Assembly (NCBI GenBank): GCA_947165975.1
Contig: CAMVCL010000002.1
Coordinates: 4,987-68,986 of the forward strand
Reading direction: 5' to 3'
From: an uncultured Candidatus Saccharibacteria bacterium
GTDB taxonomy: Bacteria; Patescibacteriota; Saccharimonadia; Saccharimonadales; Saccharimonadaceae
Length of the DNA stretch: 64,000 nucleotides
Below, piece by piece: positions 31,460 through 40,282 of this stretch. Below the pieces are notes generated by a model, which worked only from the letters and a program-made list of their open reading frames with translations, had not been told where the DNA came from and did no database searches. The position numbers were made by a program, and so were the translations under genes. The number at the start of each line of letters is the position of its first letter. Position 1 is the stretch's first letter.

Positions 31460-34400
31460 GTGAGCGAATCTGCACTAGAACAAAAAAGTGGACAAGAAAT
31501 CAATCCATCTTCTGAAGAATGGCAAAAGCTTGGTCATGAAGTCCCCAAAAGTGACACGGAGACTACCGACGGGGGATCATCTAATCCAGAACAACCTACA
31601 CAATCATCGGAACAAGTTGTCGACTCATTATCCAAAGAACAGCTTGAATACATTACCGAAAAATTAGGGAAACGTGGCCGTATCGCACTCATTGCGGCAG
31701 AACTTTCGAAAGAAGATCGCGATAATATTGTTCGTGAAGCCATTGACATGAAAGTCAAAGAGACTTCAAAAGAGCATCCTCTTATTACTAATTTCCCAAT
31801 TATTGGTAGCTTAGTCAAAGCAGGGTATGCTGCTAGGCATCGCGATCGGGCCCGAGCTGCTATTAAAGAAGAAGGAAACTTATCAGCGGCATTTACATCT
31901 TTGAATTTAGATCCTACTAAAAGCCGCATTATGAACAGCAACTCGGAAAACATCGAAGATCGTGCTTTTCAGGTATTAGAAAATGCCGGCTACTCCGAAG
32001 AAAACCAAATTGATCGTGCTAGTTCTAGGCTTAACCAGAATGAAATAGTTGAAAAAATGGATGATGCATCCCAGGCGGCAGTGAAACAGGCGCTTAACGA
32101 ATACTATTCTGGATTAAAAGGTGGAGAAAAATCTAAAGATGAACTCGCCAAAACATTTGACGAGCAGATTAAGGATACCTTTAAAGGCAAAGAATCTATT
32201 TCGTTTGATTCTATCAATAGGCAAAGGGAAGCACTTGAAAGCCTAGTCGATGATCCCAATATTCAAGCCAGCCAAGTTAAGACATACATCGATGAGCATC
32301 TGACATTATATAAAGCCTCCATGAAAGAAAGTATCAATACTACTCAAAAGGTAGACGGTATAATAAATGCGGTGGACAAAGCCGGGTTAATCGGCGGAGT
32401 TGCTTATGCGCTGATCGGTCGTGAAGCACGTTCTAAATTGCGTGGCGCACTTGGTACTATTGGCGGAGCGGGCGCCGTAGGTGCAGCAGTAGGTGCAGTT
32501 GCAGGTGCTATTCGTGGCGTCGAAAAAGCTAATGTTAAATTATCTAATGCAGAGATAAATGCAGTTACGGCCACCGATTCACCAGAAAGAATCGAAACAA
32601 ATGACCAAGAAGGTTCGGAAGCAGCCTCTCCGAATCCTGAAAAAGCTAAGCAAAAGGAAAACCTTTTTGCTATAATTAATCGCTACAAGAGTATCGCGAC
32701 CGGTGAAGAAAAATACTTAGCTAATATTGAAAAACTACGCGATCGTAAAGACGCTAACGATTTGATTGATAATTTCGATCAATTGATCAATCAATTTAAT
32801 GCAGAGGATAATGATTCCAGAAATAATCTCGTCGACGCCTATGCAGAAGTCATAGCACGAGGTCGCTTTTCGAACGAGAATCGCGTAGATTTGATCAGAT
32901 ATAAAGATAACCGTGCCGCGCTCGAACAGAAACTTTCGGAGGCCGAAAAGAAATTATATGGAGAGAATTCTGAAAATGTTGACAATCTTTTAAATGATGA
33001 AGACTCTGCCCTAAATAAGTTGATTCAAGAAAAAATGGAACAACTTAGTAATAACTATAATGAAGCCAATAAACTTCGTACCAAATTCCTCATCCGTTCT
33101 GCCTTAGTGGATGCTACGGCAGGTGCATTAATAGGTGCTAGCGCAGGTTCATTATTCCATCTTGTCTCTTCGCACTTACCCGAGGGGGGCATTGCTGGGG
33201 CTCTTGGCCTTGAAACAGCCGAAACTGACAATCTTCAAGGCAGTCAAGTCGAATTAGTTGAAGATCCCGATGGAGGATATACAGTTATGCTAGGCGATGA
33301 AGAACTAATAGGCAAAGGAGAGAGTTCTGGCATTGAATTCGATGACAGTGGCGCACTCACCAATGAATCCAAAGAGATGCTTGAAAAGGCAGGGATTGAT
33401 GTTAAAGAAAACATTACTGAACATACTTTTGAAAATGCCACCAAACAAGTTGATCTACGTGAATACTTCAACCCAGAGAATAAAGATGCAAATAATCTCA
33501 CTGAAATCTCAAGTCGTAGTTGGATCACTGACGCTAGCGGCCGTGATCAGATTATGGTTGGCAATACCCATATGGATGGAGAAGGCAACATCATCATGCA
33601 AGTCGCCCCTACAGCCAACTCGGATGTTACTCTCGAAGACATGAAAATGGTTCTAACACCAGGCAATGGTAATATTGATACTGCTATAACCGTTGATGTA
33701 AACCCAGATGGAACTATCGAGATCCCTGCTGGCTCTCCGGCCGCCAGTTTCTTTGACGGTGAAAACTTCCAAGGTGGTTATGCCGAAATAGCCCGTGAAG
33801 GAGCAGATGGCCATCTAGATGTCTATACTACTATGGGCGATGGTAGGCCAAGCATCAATACTCTTACTATAGATAATCCAGACGCAACTTACAACACCTA
33901 TGATTATTCATTTACTATCAACGATCAATCATATGAAGTTTCTGTTCCGGAAAATATTACGGCTGCTGCCCGCATGGAGGCACTAAATGGTATTGAGTCC
34001 CTTAAGGGTACCGGTGAACCAATTGGTTACGAAGCGAACGGAGATATTACTGGACTAACCACTACTAGCGGCGAGACAGTTGAAGTCGAGCACTTTGAAC
34101 ATCACGGTGGCTATAGTGATACGACAGACAGCTATTTTGGTGAAAAAGATGGAGTTTATAATAGTGGCGCATCGGTAATTCGTTCAATGGTCGGAGAAGA
34201 AGGGAAGGGGTTAAGCTCCGGTGAAGTTGACCGTATCTTCCTGGAAAAAGTAAATAGTGGCGAGATCTCTGAGGGTGATGTCGTAGAGGAATATCTTAAG
34301 ACCATTGGTAATTCACCAGAAGCTCTTACTACTACCCGCGCAATGATGGGTGGCTTTGAAATGGATTTGAATGGTGATGGTGTTGCGGAATTGATAGATA

Positions 34401-35422
34401 CACAAGATGAGATTAATATTGCCGCAGATATTTTGAGTCGAGATCCAGAAGCATACGACAATTTCGTCAACGACACTTATGAAGTGTTCTATGAGAAGAT
34501 TGAGGGTGGCTCCATTCGCTTTGTTGACTATACGCAAGAACAATATCAATTTACGACGTGGGGCGTATTAGACAAAGATACCAACAATATCTTGCAACGA
34601 CTAGGTACAGTTGGTGATCGCCAAACTGACGGCGTTGGCATAGTCTTTGTTGACAAAGATGGTAACTCAATTTACGACAAAGAAATTGCGAGAAATCTCT
34701 GGCATTTACCAGAAGGTTATAATCTAAATTATATTGCTGATCGTCTCAACTGCGATCAAAAAACTGGTAACGGCTTCTTTACAGAACAATCAACCGGCAA
34801 TGAAGGTACAGGCGAAGAAGGCACTGGTGACGAAGGTACCGGCAATGAGGGTACTGGTAATGAAGGAACTGGTGACGAAGGTACCGGCAATGAGGGTACT
34901 GGTAATGAAGGCACTGGTGACGAAGGTACCGGCAATGAGGGTACTGGCAACGAAGGTACAGGCGAAGAAGGTACTGGTAACGAAGGAACCGGAGAAGAAG
35001 GTACTGGCGACGAAGGCACCGATATTGAACCAAAGGATTATGAGAACATGGAACGCATCGATAAAAACATTGATAATGATATCAAAGACGATATCGGCAC
35101 CGAAGAAATTAGACATAATCCTAATCCTGGTGTAGACGAGAGAGACTTGACCGAGAAACCTTCATCTGATGAATACCAAGGCACAGAAGTTAAAACAACC
35201 CCATCAGAAGCATCCACGAAGGCAGAACCAGTACAAGAAAAAGTCAGCCAGGATAATAACTACAGCTCAGACAGAGGCGGCAGTAATTCTCAAGAATATT
35301 CCCCAGTTAAAGAAAATAGCGCAGCTCAAGAAAAAGCCGATAGTAGCTCTACTCCAGTAAAAGAAGCTCCAGTCAAACAAGAAGAAGTTAAAACAGAGCT
35401 AGAAGACTTGGGGATTGAATAG
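31460..35422 (+). CDS. cassette B giant membrane/surface protein (1320 aa) with (TGxEG)15 repeat and conserved C-terminal module
   Basis: GTG start 8 nt after GGAGG. Gly/Ala-rich hydrophobic segments (GGAGAVGAAVGAVAGAI; ATAGALIGASAGSLFHLV). The C-terminus is colinear with the 571-aa protein. Confidence 0.75.
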   Translation: MSESALEQKSGQEINPSSEEWQKLGHEVPKSDTETTDGGSSNPEQPTQSSEQVVDSLSKEQLEYITEKLGKRGRIALIAAELSKEDRDNIVREAIDMKVKETSKEHPLITNFPIIGSLVKAGYAARHRDRARAAIKEEGNLSAAFTSLNLDPTKSRIMNSNSENIEDRAFQVLENAGYSEENQIDRASSRLNQNEIVEKMDDASQAAVKQALNEYYSGLKGGEKSKDELAKTFDEQIKDTFKGKESISFDSINRQREALESLVDDPNIQASQVKTYIDEHLTLYKASMKESINTTQKVDGIINAVDKAGLIGGVAYALIGREARSKLRGALGTIGGAGAVGAAVGAVAGAIRGVEKANVKLSNAEINAVTATDSPERIETNDQEGSEAASPNPEKAKQKENLFAIINRYKSIATGEEKYLANIEKLRDRKDANDLIDNFDQLINQFNAEDNDSRNNLVDAYAEVIARGRFSNENRVDLIRYKDNRAALEQKLSEAEKKLYGENSENVDNLLNDEDSALNKLIQEKMEQLSNNYNEANKLRTKFLIRSALVDATAGALIGASAGSLFHLVSSHLPEGGIAGALGLETAETDNLQGSQVELVEDPDGGYTVMLGDEELIGKGESSGIEFDDSGALTNESKEMLEKAGIDVKENITEHTFENATKQVDLREYFNPENKDANNLTEISSRSWITDASGRDQIMVGNTHMDGEGNIIMQVAPTANSDVTLEDMKMVLTPGNGNIDTAITVDVNPDGTIEIPAGSPAASFFDGENFQGGYAEIAREGADGHLDVYTTMGDGRPSINTLTIDNPDATYNTYDYSFTINDQSYEVSVPENITAAARMEALNGIESLKGTGEPIGYEANGDITGLTTTSGETVEVEHFEHHGGYSDTTDSYFGEKDGVYNSGASVIRSMVGEEGKGLSSGEVDRIFLEKVNSGEISEGDVVEEYLKTIGNSPEALTTTRAMMGGFEMDLNGDGVAELIDTQDEINIAADILSRDPEAYDNFVNDTYEVFYEKIEGGSIRFVDYTQEQYQFTTWGVLDKDTNNILQRLGTVGDRQTDGVGIVFVDKDGNSIYDKEIARNLWHLPEGYNLNYIADRLNCDQKTGNGFFTEQSTGNEGTGEEGTGDEGTGNEGTGNEGTGDEGTGNEGTGNEGTGDEGTGNEGTGNEGTGEEGTGNEGTGEEGTGDEGTDIEPKDYENMERIDKNIDNDIKDDIGTEEIRHNPNPGVDERDLTEKPSSDEYQGTEVKTTPSEASTKAEPVQEKVSQDNNYSSDRGGSNSQEYSPVKENSAAQEKADSSSTPVKEAPVKQEEVKTELEDLGIE
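34793..35017 (+). repeat. 15 x 15-bp in-frame tandem repeat encoding T-G-N/D/E-E-G, with a 45-bp higher-order unit x3
   Basis: Units run from 34793. TGDEG-TGNEG-TGNEG triplets repeat almost perfectly at the DNA level. Confidence 0.9.
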
Positions 35423-35430
35423 GTGACAAA

Positions 35431-36717
35431 GTGACGATTTCTTCAAATCAAAAACATCGCACTCTTACTGTAATGGAAGGCAGAGAAGAAAACCGCCATA
35501 TGGTTGAAGGTTTTGCTGACGCAGCTAAACGAAAAGGTTGGAATTTTTGTCAATTATTTGGCATAAATTCTGACCGAGTTGCCCGTTTTGATTTTGCTGA
35601 TACCCCGCTTGACTATGTGATTTTTCGTGAGCTATCCAAAAATAATTATCACGAAGCTGAACGGATCATGTACTGGCTTAAACAAAACCACAAAGTCTGC
35701 ATTAACGTAGATGTAGCCGGCAGGCGTATGTCTACGTCAGACAAACATTTTCAACAAGGTTTGTTTTTAATGGACCCATTTTTAAAAAAATATGCCCTAC
35801 CCACATTCGAAGCCAAGCATAAAGCCAACGTACTGTCATACATTGAAGCAAATCGTGTGCATTATCCTATAGTGCTTAAAGATCGTCGTGGAACAGCAGG
35901 GAAAAACATTACACTGATAAGTGCCGCTGAAGATTTAGATGATATCAAAGATTTTAGGAACCTACTGATTGAACAATATATCAAACCAGAATGCGACTAT
36001 CGTGTATTTGTGATCGGCGGTGTAGCTGTGGGGACAATGCGTAAAATTGGCGATGAACAAAATCCTGGTGACTTCGTTTCCTGGAGTGCCGGACGTCAAA
36101 AAAACAAAGAAGAGGATCAAGAAACCCTTAATCTCTTGGCTGAAATCGCAACCAGGGCAGCGGCCGTTTCAAAACTTGAATATGCCGGTGTTGATATTAT
36201 CAAAGAAGCCGAGACGGGTAACTATTACCTCCTAGAGACCAATATTGCTGCCGGCTGGCCAAATTTCACGCCAATCACGCATATTAATATTCCAGATTTA
36301 GTTTTGGATTGGTTCGAAGACATCGACGAAGGCAAAGAAGAATCCATTAGTAAAGCGGTCGAAAACTATATTAGCCACCGTAAGAACTACCTCCCAACCT
36401 ATATTCAGGATAGTTATGAGCAAATTTTATCAGGACTACCCGGCGCTACTGAGCCATATCGAGAAAAGTTTTCAAACTATCCAAACCAATATCTTTATGA
36501 CGCAGGCAGAATATTTGAACGATTAGAAGATGCTTATCAAAAAATCACTGAGCAAAATGAGGACGGAAATATCTATAAGGACCTTATTCAAGAGATAAAA
36601 TCCATGCCTCTTTCATGGGCAGGGAATTATATTGGTCCAGAGGTTGGGACTATGCATGATGGAGCTATCCTCTCGGCCCTTTACCTCTATATACTTCACA
36701 AAATCGACAAAATATGA
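35431..36717 (+). CDS. RimK-like ATP-grasp ligase with extended C-terminal domain
   Basis: YPIVLKDRRGTAGKNITLI, LIEQYIKPECDYRVFVIGGVAVGTMRK, YAGVDIIKEAETGNYYLLETNIAAGW. Starts 8 nt after the giant gene (GTG). Confidence 0.7.
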   Translation: MTISSNQKHRTLTVMEGREENRHMVEGFADAAKRKGWNFCQLFGINSDRVARFDFADTPLDYVIFRELSKNNYHEAERIMYWLKQNHKVCINVDVAGRRMSTSDKHFQQGLFLMDPFLKKYALPTFEAKHKANVLSYIEANRVHYPIVLKDRRGTAGKNITLISAAEDLDDIKDFRNLLIEQYIKPECDYRVFVIGGVAVGTMRKIGDEQNPGDFVSWSAGRQKNKEEDQETLNLLAEIATRAAAVSKLEYAGVDIIKEAETGNYYLLETNIAAGWPNFTPITHINIPDLVLDWFEDIDEGKEESISKAVENYISHRKNYLPTYIQDSYEQILSGLPGATEPYREKFSNYPNQYLYDAGRIFERLEDAYQKITEQNEDGNIYKDLIQEIKSMPLSWAGNYIGPEVGTMHDGAILSALYLYILHKIDKI

Positions 36718-36747
36718 TACAATAAGACAGATTAATAAAGGATTAAT

Positions 36748-37056
36748 ATGAAAAAAGCAGTCATTCTCGTCGGCGGGAAACAATATCTCGTTGCCGAAAA
36801 AGAGACCCTACGGGTGGACCTCCTCCCGGCAGGCACCAAAGAGCTCGAAACTGACGCTTTACTCGTAATTGACGGCGATAAGACCACCGTTGGTACACCT
36901 ACAGTAAAGGGCGTGAAAGTTTCAGCTAAAGTCATTACGCCTGAAGTAAAAGGTGATAAAGTACGCGTTATTCGCTACAAAGCCAAAAAACGCGTTCATA
37001 AAGAAACCGGTCATCGCCAAAAATACAGTGAGATCGAGATTACTAAAATTGGCTAA
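36748..37056 (+). CDS. rplU: 50S ribosomal protein L21
   Basis: MKKAVILVGGKQYLVAEKETLRVD...RVIRYKAKKRVHKETGHRQKYSEIEI. Confidence 0.92.
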   Translation: MKKAVILVGGKQYLVAEKETLRVDLLPAGTKELETDALLVIDGDKTTVGTPTVKGVKVSAKVITPEVKGDKVRVIRYKAKKRVHKETGHRQKYSEIEITKIG

Positions 37057-37068
37057 AGAATTAGCCCA

Positions 37069-37097
37069 AAAATAAGTCCTAGAAAGGACTTATTTTT
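37069..37097 (+). terminator. intrinsic terminator (aataagtcct-agaa-aggacttatt + T-run)
   Basis: 10-bp perfect stem followed by a T-tail. Confidence 0.85.
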
Positions 37098-37116
37098 ATG
37101 GTATAATATAAGCATT

Positions 37117-37890
37117 ATGGCGAAGGTAATATGTGTTACAAATCAGAAAGGTGGCGTCGGTAAAACAACTACTGCTGTTAATTTGAGCTATTATCTTGCT
37201 AAAGATAAATACAGAACACTTTTGATTGATTTTGATCCTCAGGGTAATGCCACCAGTGGTCTTGGCATCGAGAAGACTGACACCAAAAATCTCGGCCTTA
37301 CGATGACTGAAGTTTTACTCGGCACCGCTCCCTTGGCCGAGGCTATTCGTTCAACCAAATACAAAAATTTTTCAATTGCCCCTGCCACCCCAGAACTAGC
37401 CAACGCTGAAGTTGAAATCACTAGTACAAAACGTAAGTTCACACGTCTACGTGACGCTATTCGTAGTATTGAAGCGAATTTTGACTACATCATCATTGAT
37501 TCACCGCCATCACTAAGCCTATTAACCGTGAATGGTATGATTGCCTCTAACTATCTATTATTACCAGTCCAAACGGAATTCTATGCTCTCGAAGGTGTCG
37601 CACAACTCCTGGAATCCATGAAACTCGTGATGAAACAGGCTAATCCCAACCTTAGATTACTCGGCGTGGTTGCCACTATGTACGATAAGCGCACCAGTCT
37701 CTCATCGCAGGTTTATAGTGAAATTCAAAAATATTTCAAGAAATTAACTTTTCGTACTACTATTCCGCGCAATGTACGTGTAGCGGAGGCTCCTTCCCAC
37801 GGTGTGCCTATCGGTGCCTATGATAAATTCAGTAAGGGCGCCAAAGCCTATAAAGAATTTGCTAAAGAAGTTGAGGAGAGAACCAAATGA
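37117..37890 (+). CDS. parA: chromosome partitioning ATPase ParA/Soj
   Basis: Deviant Walker A NQKGGVGKTTTAVNL, plus IIIDSPPSL. Confidence 0.92.
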   Translation: MAKVICVTNQKGGVGKTTTAVNLSYYLAKDKYRTLLIDFDPQGNATSGLGIEKTDTKNLGLTMTEVLLGTAPLAEAIRSTKYKNFSIAPATPELANAEVEITSTKRKFTRLRDAIRSIEANFDYIIIDSPPSLSLLTVNGMIASNYLLLPVQTEFYALEGVAQLLESMKLVMKQANPNLRLLGVVATMYDKRTSLSSQVYSEIQKYFKKLTFRTTIPRNVRVAEAPSHGVPIGAYDKFSKGAKAYKEFAKEVEERTK

Positions 37891-38729
37891 AAGGACTAGG
37901 TAGAAGTTTTGAGTCGCTTATTCCAACAGAACTGATTGATGAAGAATTCGATCCAACCGCTACTGAAGACAAAAAAGAAAGCAAGCTCAAAGAGCTCAAA
38001 ATTGACGAAATTGTTCGCGATGAGGAACAACCTCGTCGTGAATTCGACAAAGATGCCCTCGAGGCTCTAGCTGCTTCAATCAAAGAGCATGGCGTCTTGC
38101 AGCCCATCGTTGTTACCAGGGAAGAGGGTAAATACAAGATTGTTGCAGGCGAAAGAAGGTGGCGTGCCAGTAAGATTGCTGGTCTCGATAAAATCCCCGC
38201 CATCATTCGCACTCTAGATTCTCAAAATCGTCTAGAACTTTCTATTATCGAAAACGCTCAGCGTGAAGATTTAAATGCTATTGAACTTGCTACAGCTTAT
38301 GCAAAACTAAGTGCGCAATTTAATCTTAGCCCCGAAGAAATCGCCGCAAAGGTTGGTAAGTCCGAACAAACCATTCATAATACTCTGAGACTATTAAATC
38401 TTCCCGATGATGTTAAGAAAATAATGGTCAAGGAAAAACTCACCGAAGGTGTAATGAGACCACTAGTTTCACGTGACGAAGCCACTATTAAGAAGGTTCT
38501 ACCAAAAATTATTAAAGAAGGTTGGACCGCCCGCAAAGTGGAGCGTTATTTCGCCGAAACCAAGAAGAAATCGTCCAGTACGGCTATTAAACGCGCTGAA
38601 TATATTAAAGTTGAAAATGCCCTTTCTGCCAAGTATAATAATCCAGTCAAGATCACTGGTCGCTCGCTTACTTTTAAATGCAAAAACGAATCCGAACTTA
38701 AGAAGATAATAGAAAAACTTAGTAATTAA
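37887..38729 (+). CDS. parB: chromosome partitioning protein ParB/Spo0J
   Basis: ParB box GVLQPIVV...KIVAGERRWRA, and HTH region EEIAAKVGKSEQTIHNTLRLL. Confidence 0.92.
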   Translation: MKGLGRSFESLIPTELIDEEFDPTATEDKKESKLKELKIDEIVRDEEQPRREFDKDALEALAASIKEHGVLQPIVVTREEGKYKIVAGERRWRASKIAGLDKIPAIIRTLDSQNRLELSIIENAQREDLNAIELATAYAKLSAQFNLSPEEIAAKVGKSEQTIHNTLRLLNLPDDVKKIMVKEKLTEGVMRPLVSRDEATIKKVLPKIIKEGWTARKVERYFAETKKKSSSTAIKRAEYIKVENALSAKYNNPVKITGRSLTFKCKNESELKKIIEKLSN

Positions 38730-38731
38730 AT

Positions 38732-38752
38732 AATCCCCCGAAAGGGGGATTT
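38732..38752. terminator. bidirectional hairpin aatccccc-gaaa-gggggatt between convergent genes
   Basis: 8-bp stem with a GNRA-like loop. Confidence 0.75.
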
Positions 38753-39440
38753 AAAATGTTCTAATCTTGTTTAGCGGGAACAATCGTAAAATTACTGGTC
38801 CTACGATGCGGCAATAAGGAATTGTACCAAGCCCATTACGTGAATCCCAGGAGTTTGAACCTTCGCGGTTATCTCCAGATACAAATAGCTCGCCTTCCGG
38901 CACCACCATATCTACTTCACCAGAAGTATATTCTTTTGGCCCATCCGTTTCAGAAACTCGCCATTCGGCGTCGTAAACAATCCCCTCAGATGAATCACCA
39001 CTCGGATAGACTTTCATTTCTCCATCTTTAACTGTAACTCTTTCACCGGGAAAGGCGATAACACGCTTAATAATATACTGATCACTTACATTGGAAGGTA
39101 CATTACAGGTCATCGGATTGGATACTCCAGCAGCTTTATATTCTTCTACTTTTTCCTCATCTTCATTCAAAAACACAATAATCTGACCACGTTCAGGCAC
39201 ATACTCTTCACCTTTAAAATGAGACCATGACACGGCAGCTCTGTTCACAATCACGCGATCATCGCCATGTAAAGTATTTTCCATACTTCCACCTACTACA
39301 TTATATGAGCGATAGATAAAAGTATTTAAAAACAAAGTACCTAGTATAATAGCACCAATGAACCCAGCCAAACTGAGCAAATCCTTAAGCAAAGGATGCT
39401 TCTGAAAAAATTTAGGTTCTATCGTGTCCATAACAGCCAT
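38751..39440 (-). CDS. lepB: signal peptidase I
   Basis: GGSMENTL (Ser box), IIKRVIAFPGERV (Lys box), GDNREGSNSWDSR. Confidence 0.88.
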   Translation of the reverse strand: MAVMDTIEPKFFQKHPLLKDLLSLAGFIGAIILGTLFLNTFIYRSYNVVGGSMENTLHGDDRVIVNRAAVSWSHFKGEEYVPERGQIIVFLNEDEEKVEEYKAAGVSNPMTCNVPSNVSDQYIIKRVIAFPGERVTVKDGEMKVYPSGDSSEGIVYDAEWRVSETDGPKEYTSGEVDMVVPEGELFVSGDNREGSNSWDSRNGLGTIPYCRIVGPVILRLFPLNKIRTF

Positions 39441-39483
39441 TATATCATTTTTAAGCTAGGTTTAAAATATTTGGTATAATATA

Positions 39484-40272
39484 ATGTATATGGCTGATTA
39501 TGTACTAGCAAGAAAATCTCGCAATATCGCCAGTAGTATGGTTCATATTTTCTTGAATTTATTACTTGGTATAGGCGCTGTCGCTATCACAGTATTATCA
39601 AACAGCCCAATGCTAGGTATTATTTTAGTGTTGGTTTCAAAATGGCGTGTTTTTGCCGTGCGAGCTCGATACATTTGGATTAACCTTAAATCAAATCTCG
39701 TAGACATTATTGTTGGTCTTAGTGTAGTGCTTATCGCTTATTACGCAGGTCCCGATTTTCTCCCTGTCGATTTCGTTTTAATGGCTTTCTATTCAGTTTG
39801 GCTACTTTTCATCAAACCACTTTCATCTGAGAGTGCTGCTATGGCTCAATCTCTCATCGCCGTATTTATGGGGATGTGTGCAGCTACTATCATGTCGGCG
39901 AATCTTAACGCCATTGCAATAACATTTCTCGCATTCTTAGTTGGTTATGCTGCTAGTCGTCACACCCTTATTCAGAGCAACGACAAAGATTTTACTTTGA
40001 CTACTTTGGTTTGTGGCCTAGTTTTCTCGGAAATTGCCTGGCTTTGTCATACATGGTCAATCATCTATACTTTTGGCAATACTGGTATCCGCATTCCGCA
40101 GCTTGCTATTATCCTTTCCATTTTTGCATTTGTCTATAATTATGCTCGCCAAGCCATGATTAAATATCAAGCTGATTTCCGCTTTAAGCATATTCTCGGT
40201 CCAGTTATTTTTGGCACAATCCTAATCAGTATAATTGTTTTATTCACAAGTAATCCAATTTTTAATATATAA
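39484..40272 (+). CDS. hypothetical polytopic membrane protein (about 7 TM)
   Basis: 262-aa hydrophobic ORF. TGGTATAAT ends at 39480, so the second ATG at 39490 may be the leaderless start. Confidence 0.5.
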   Translation: MYMADYVLARKSRNIASSMVHIFLNLLLGIGAVAITVLSNSPMLGIILVLVSKWRVFAVRARYIWINLKSNLVDIIVGLSVVLIAYYAGPDFLPVDFVLMAFYSVWLLFIKPLSSESAAMAQSLIAVFMGMCAATIMSANLNAIAITFLAFLVGYAASRHTLIQSNDKDFTLTTLVCGLVFSEIAWLCHTWSIIYTFGNTGIRIPQLAIILSIFAFVYNYARQAMIKYQADFRFKHILGPVIFGTILISIIVLFTSNPIFNI

Positions 40273-40282
40273 AGGAGAAGAA

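Noticed and set aside
34734-35135. Four long ORFs in the track overlapping the TGxEG repeat: 34734..35135 (+), 34756..35019 (-), 34779..35033 (-), 34790..35116 (-).
   Set aside because: They are periodic artefacts of the 15-bp tandem repeat. They encode monotonous VPSSP/YLR/FVTS peptides, have no RBS, and lie inside a well-supported 1320-aa gene.
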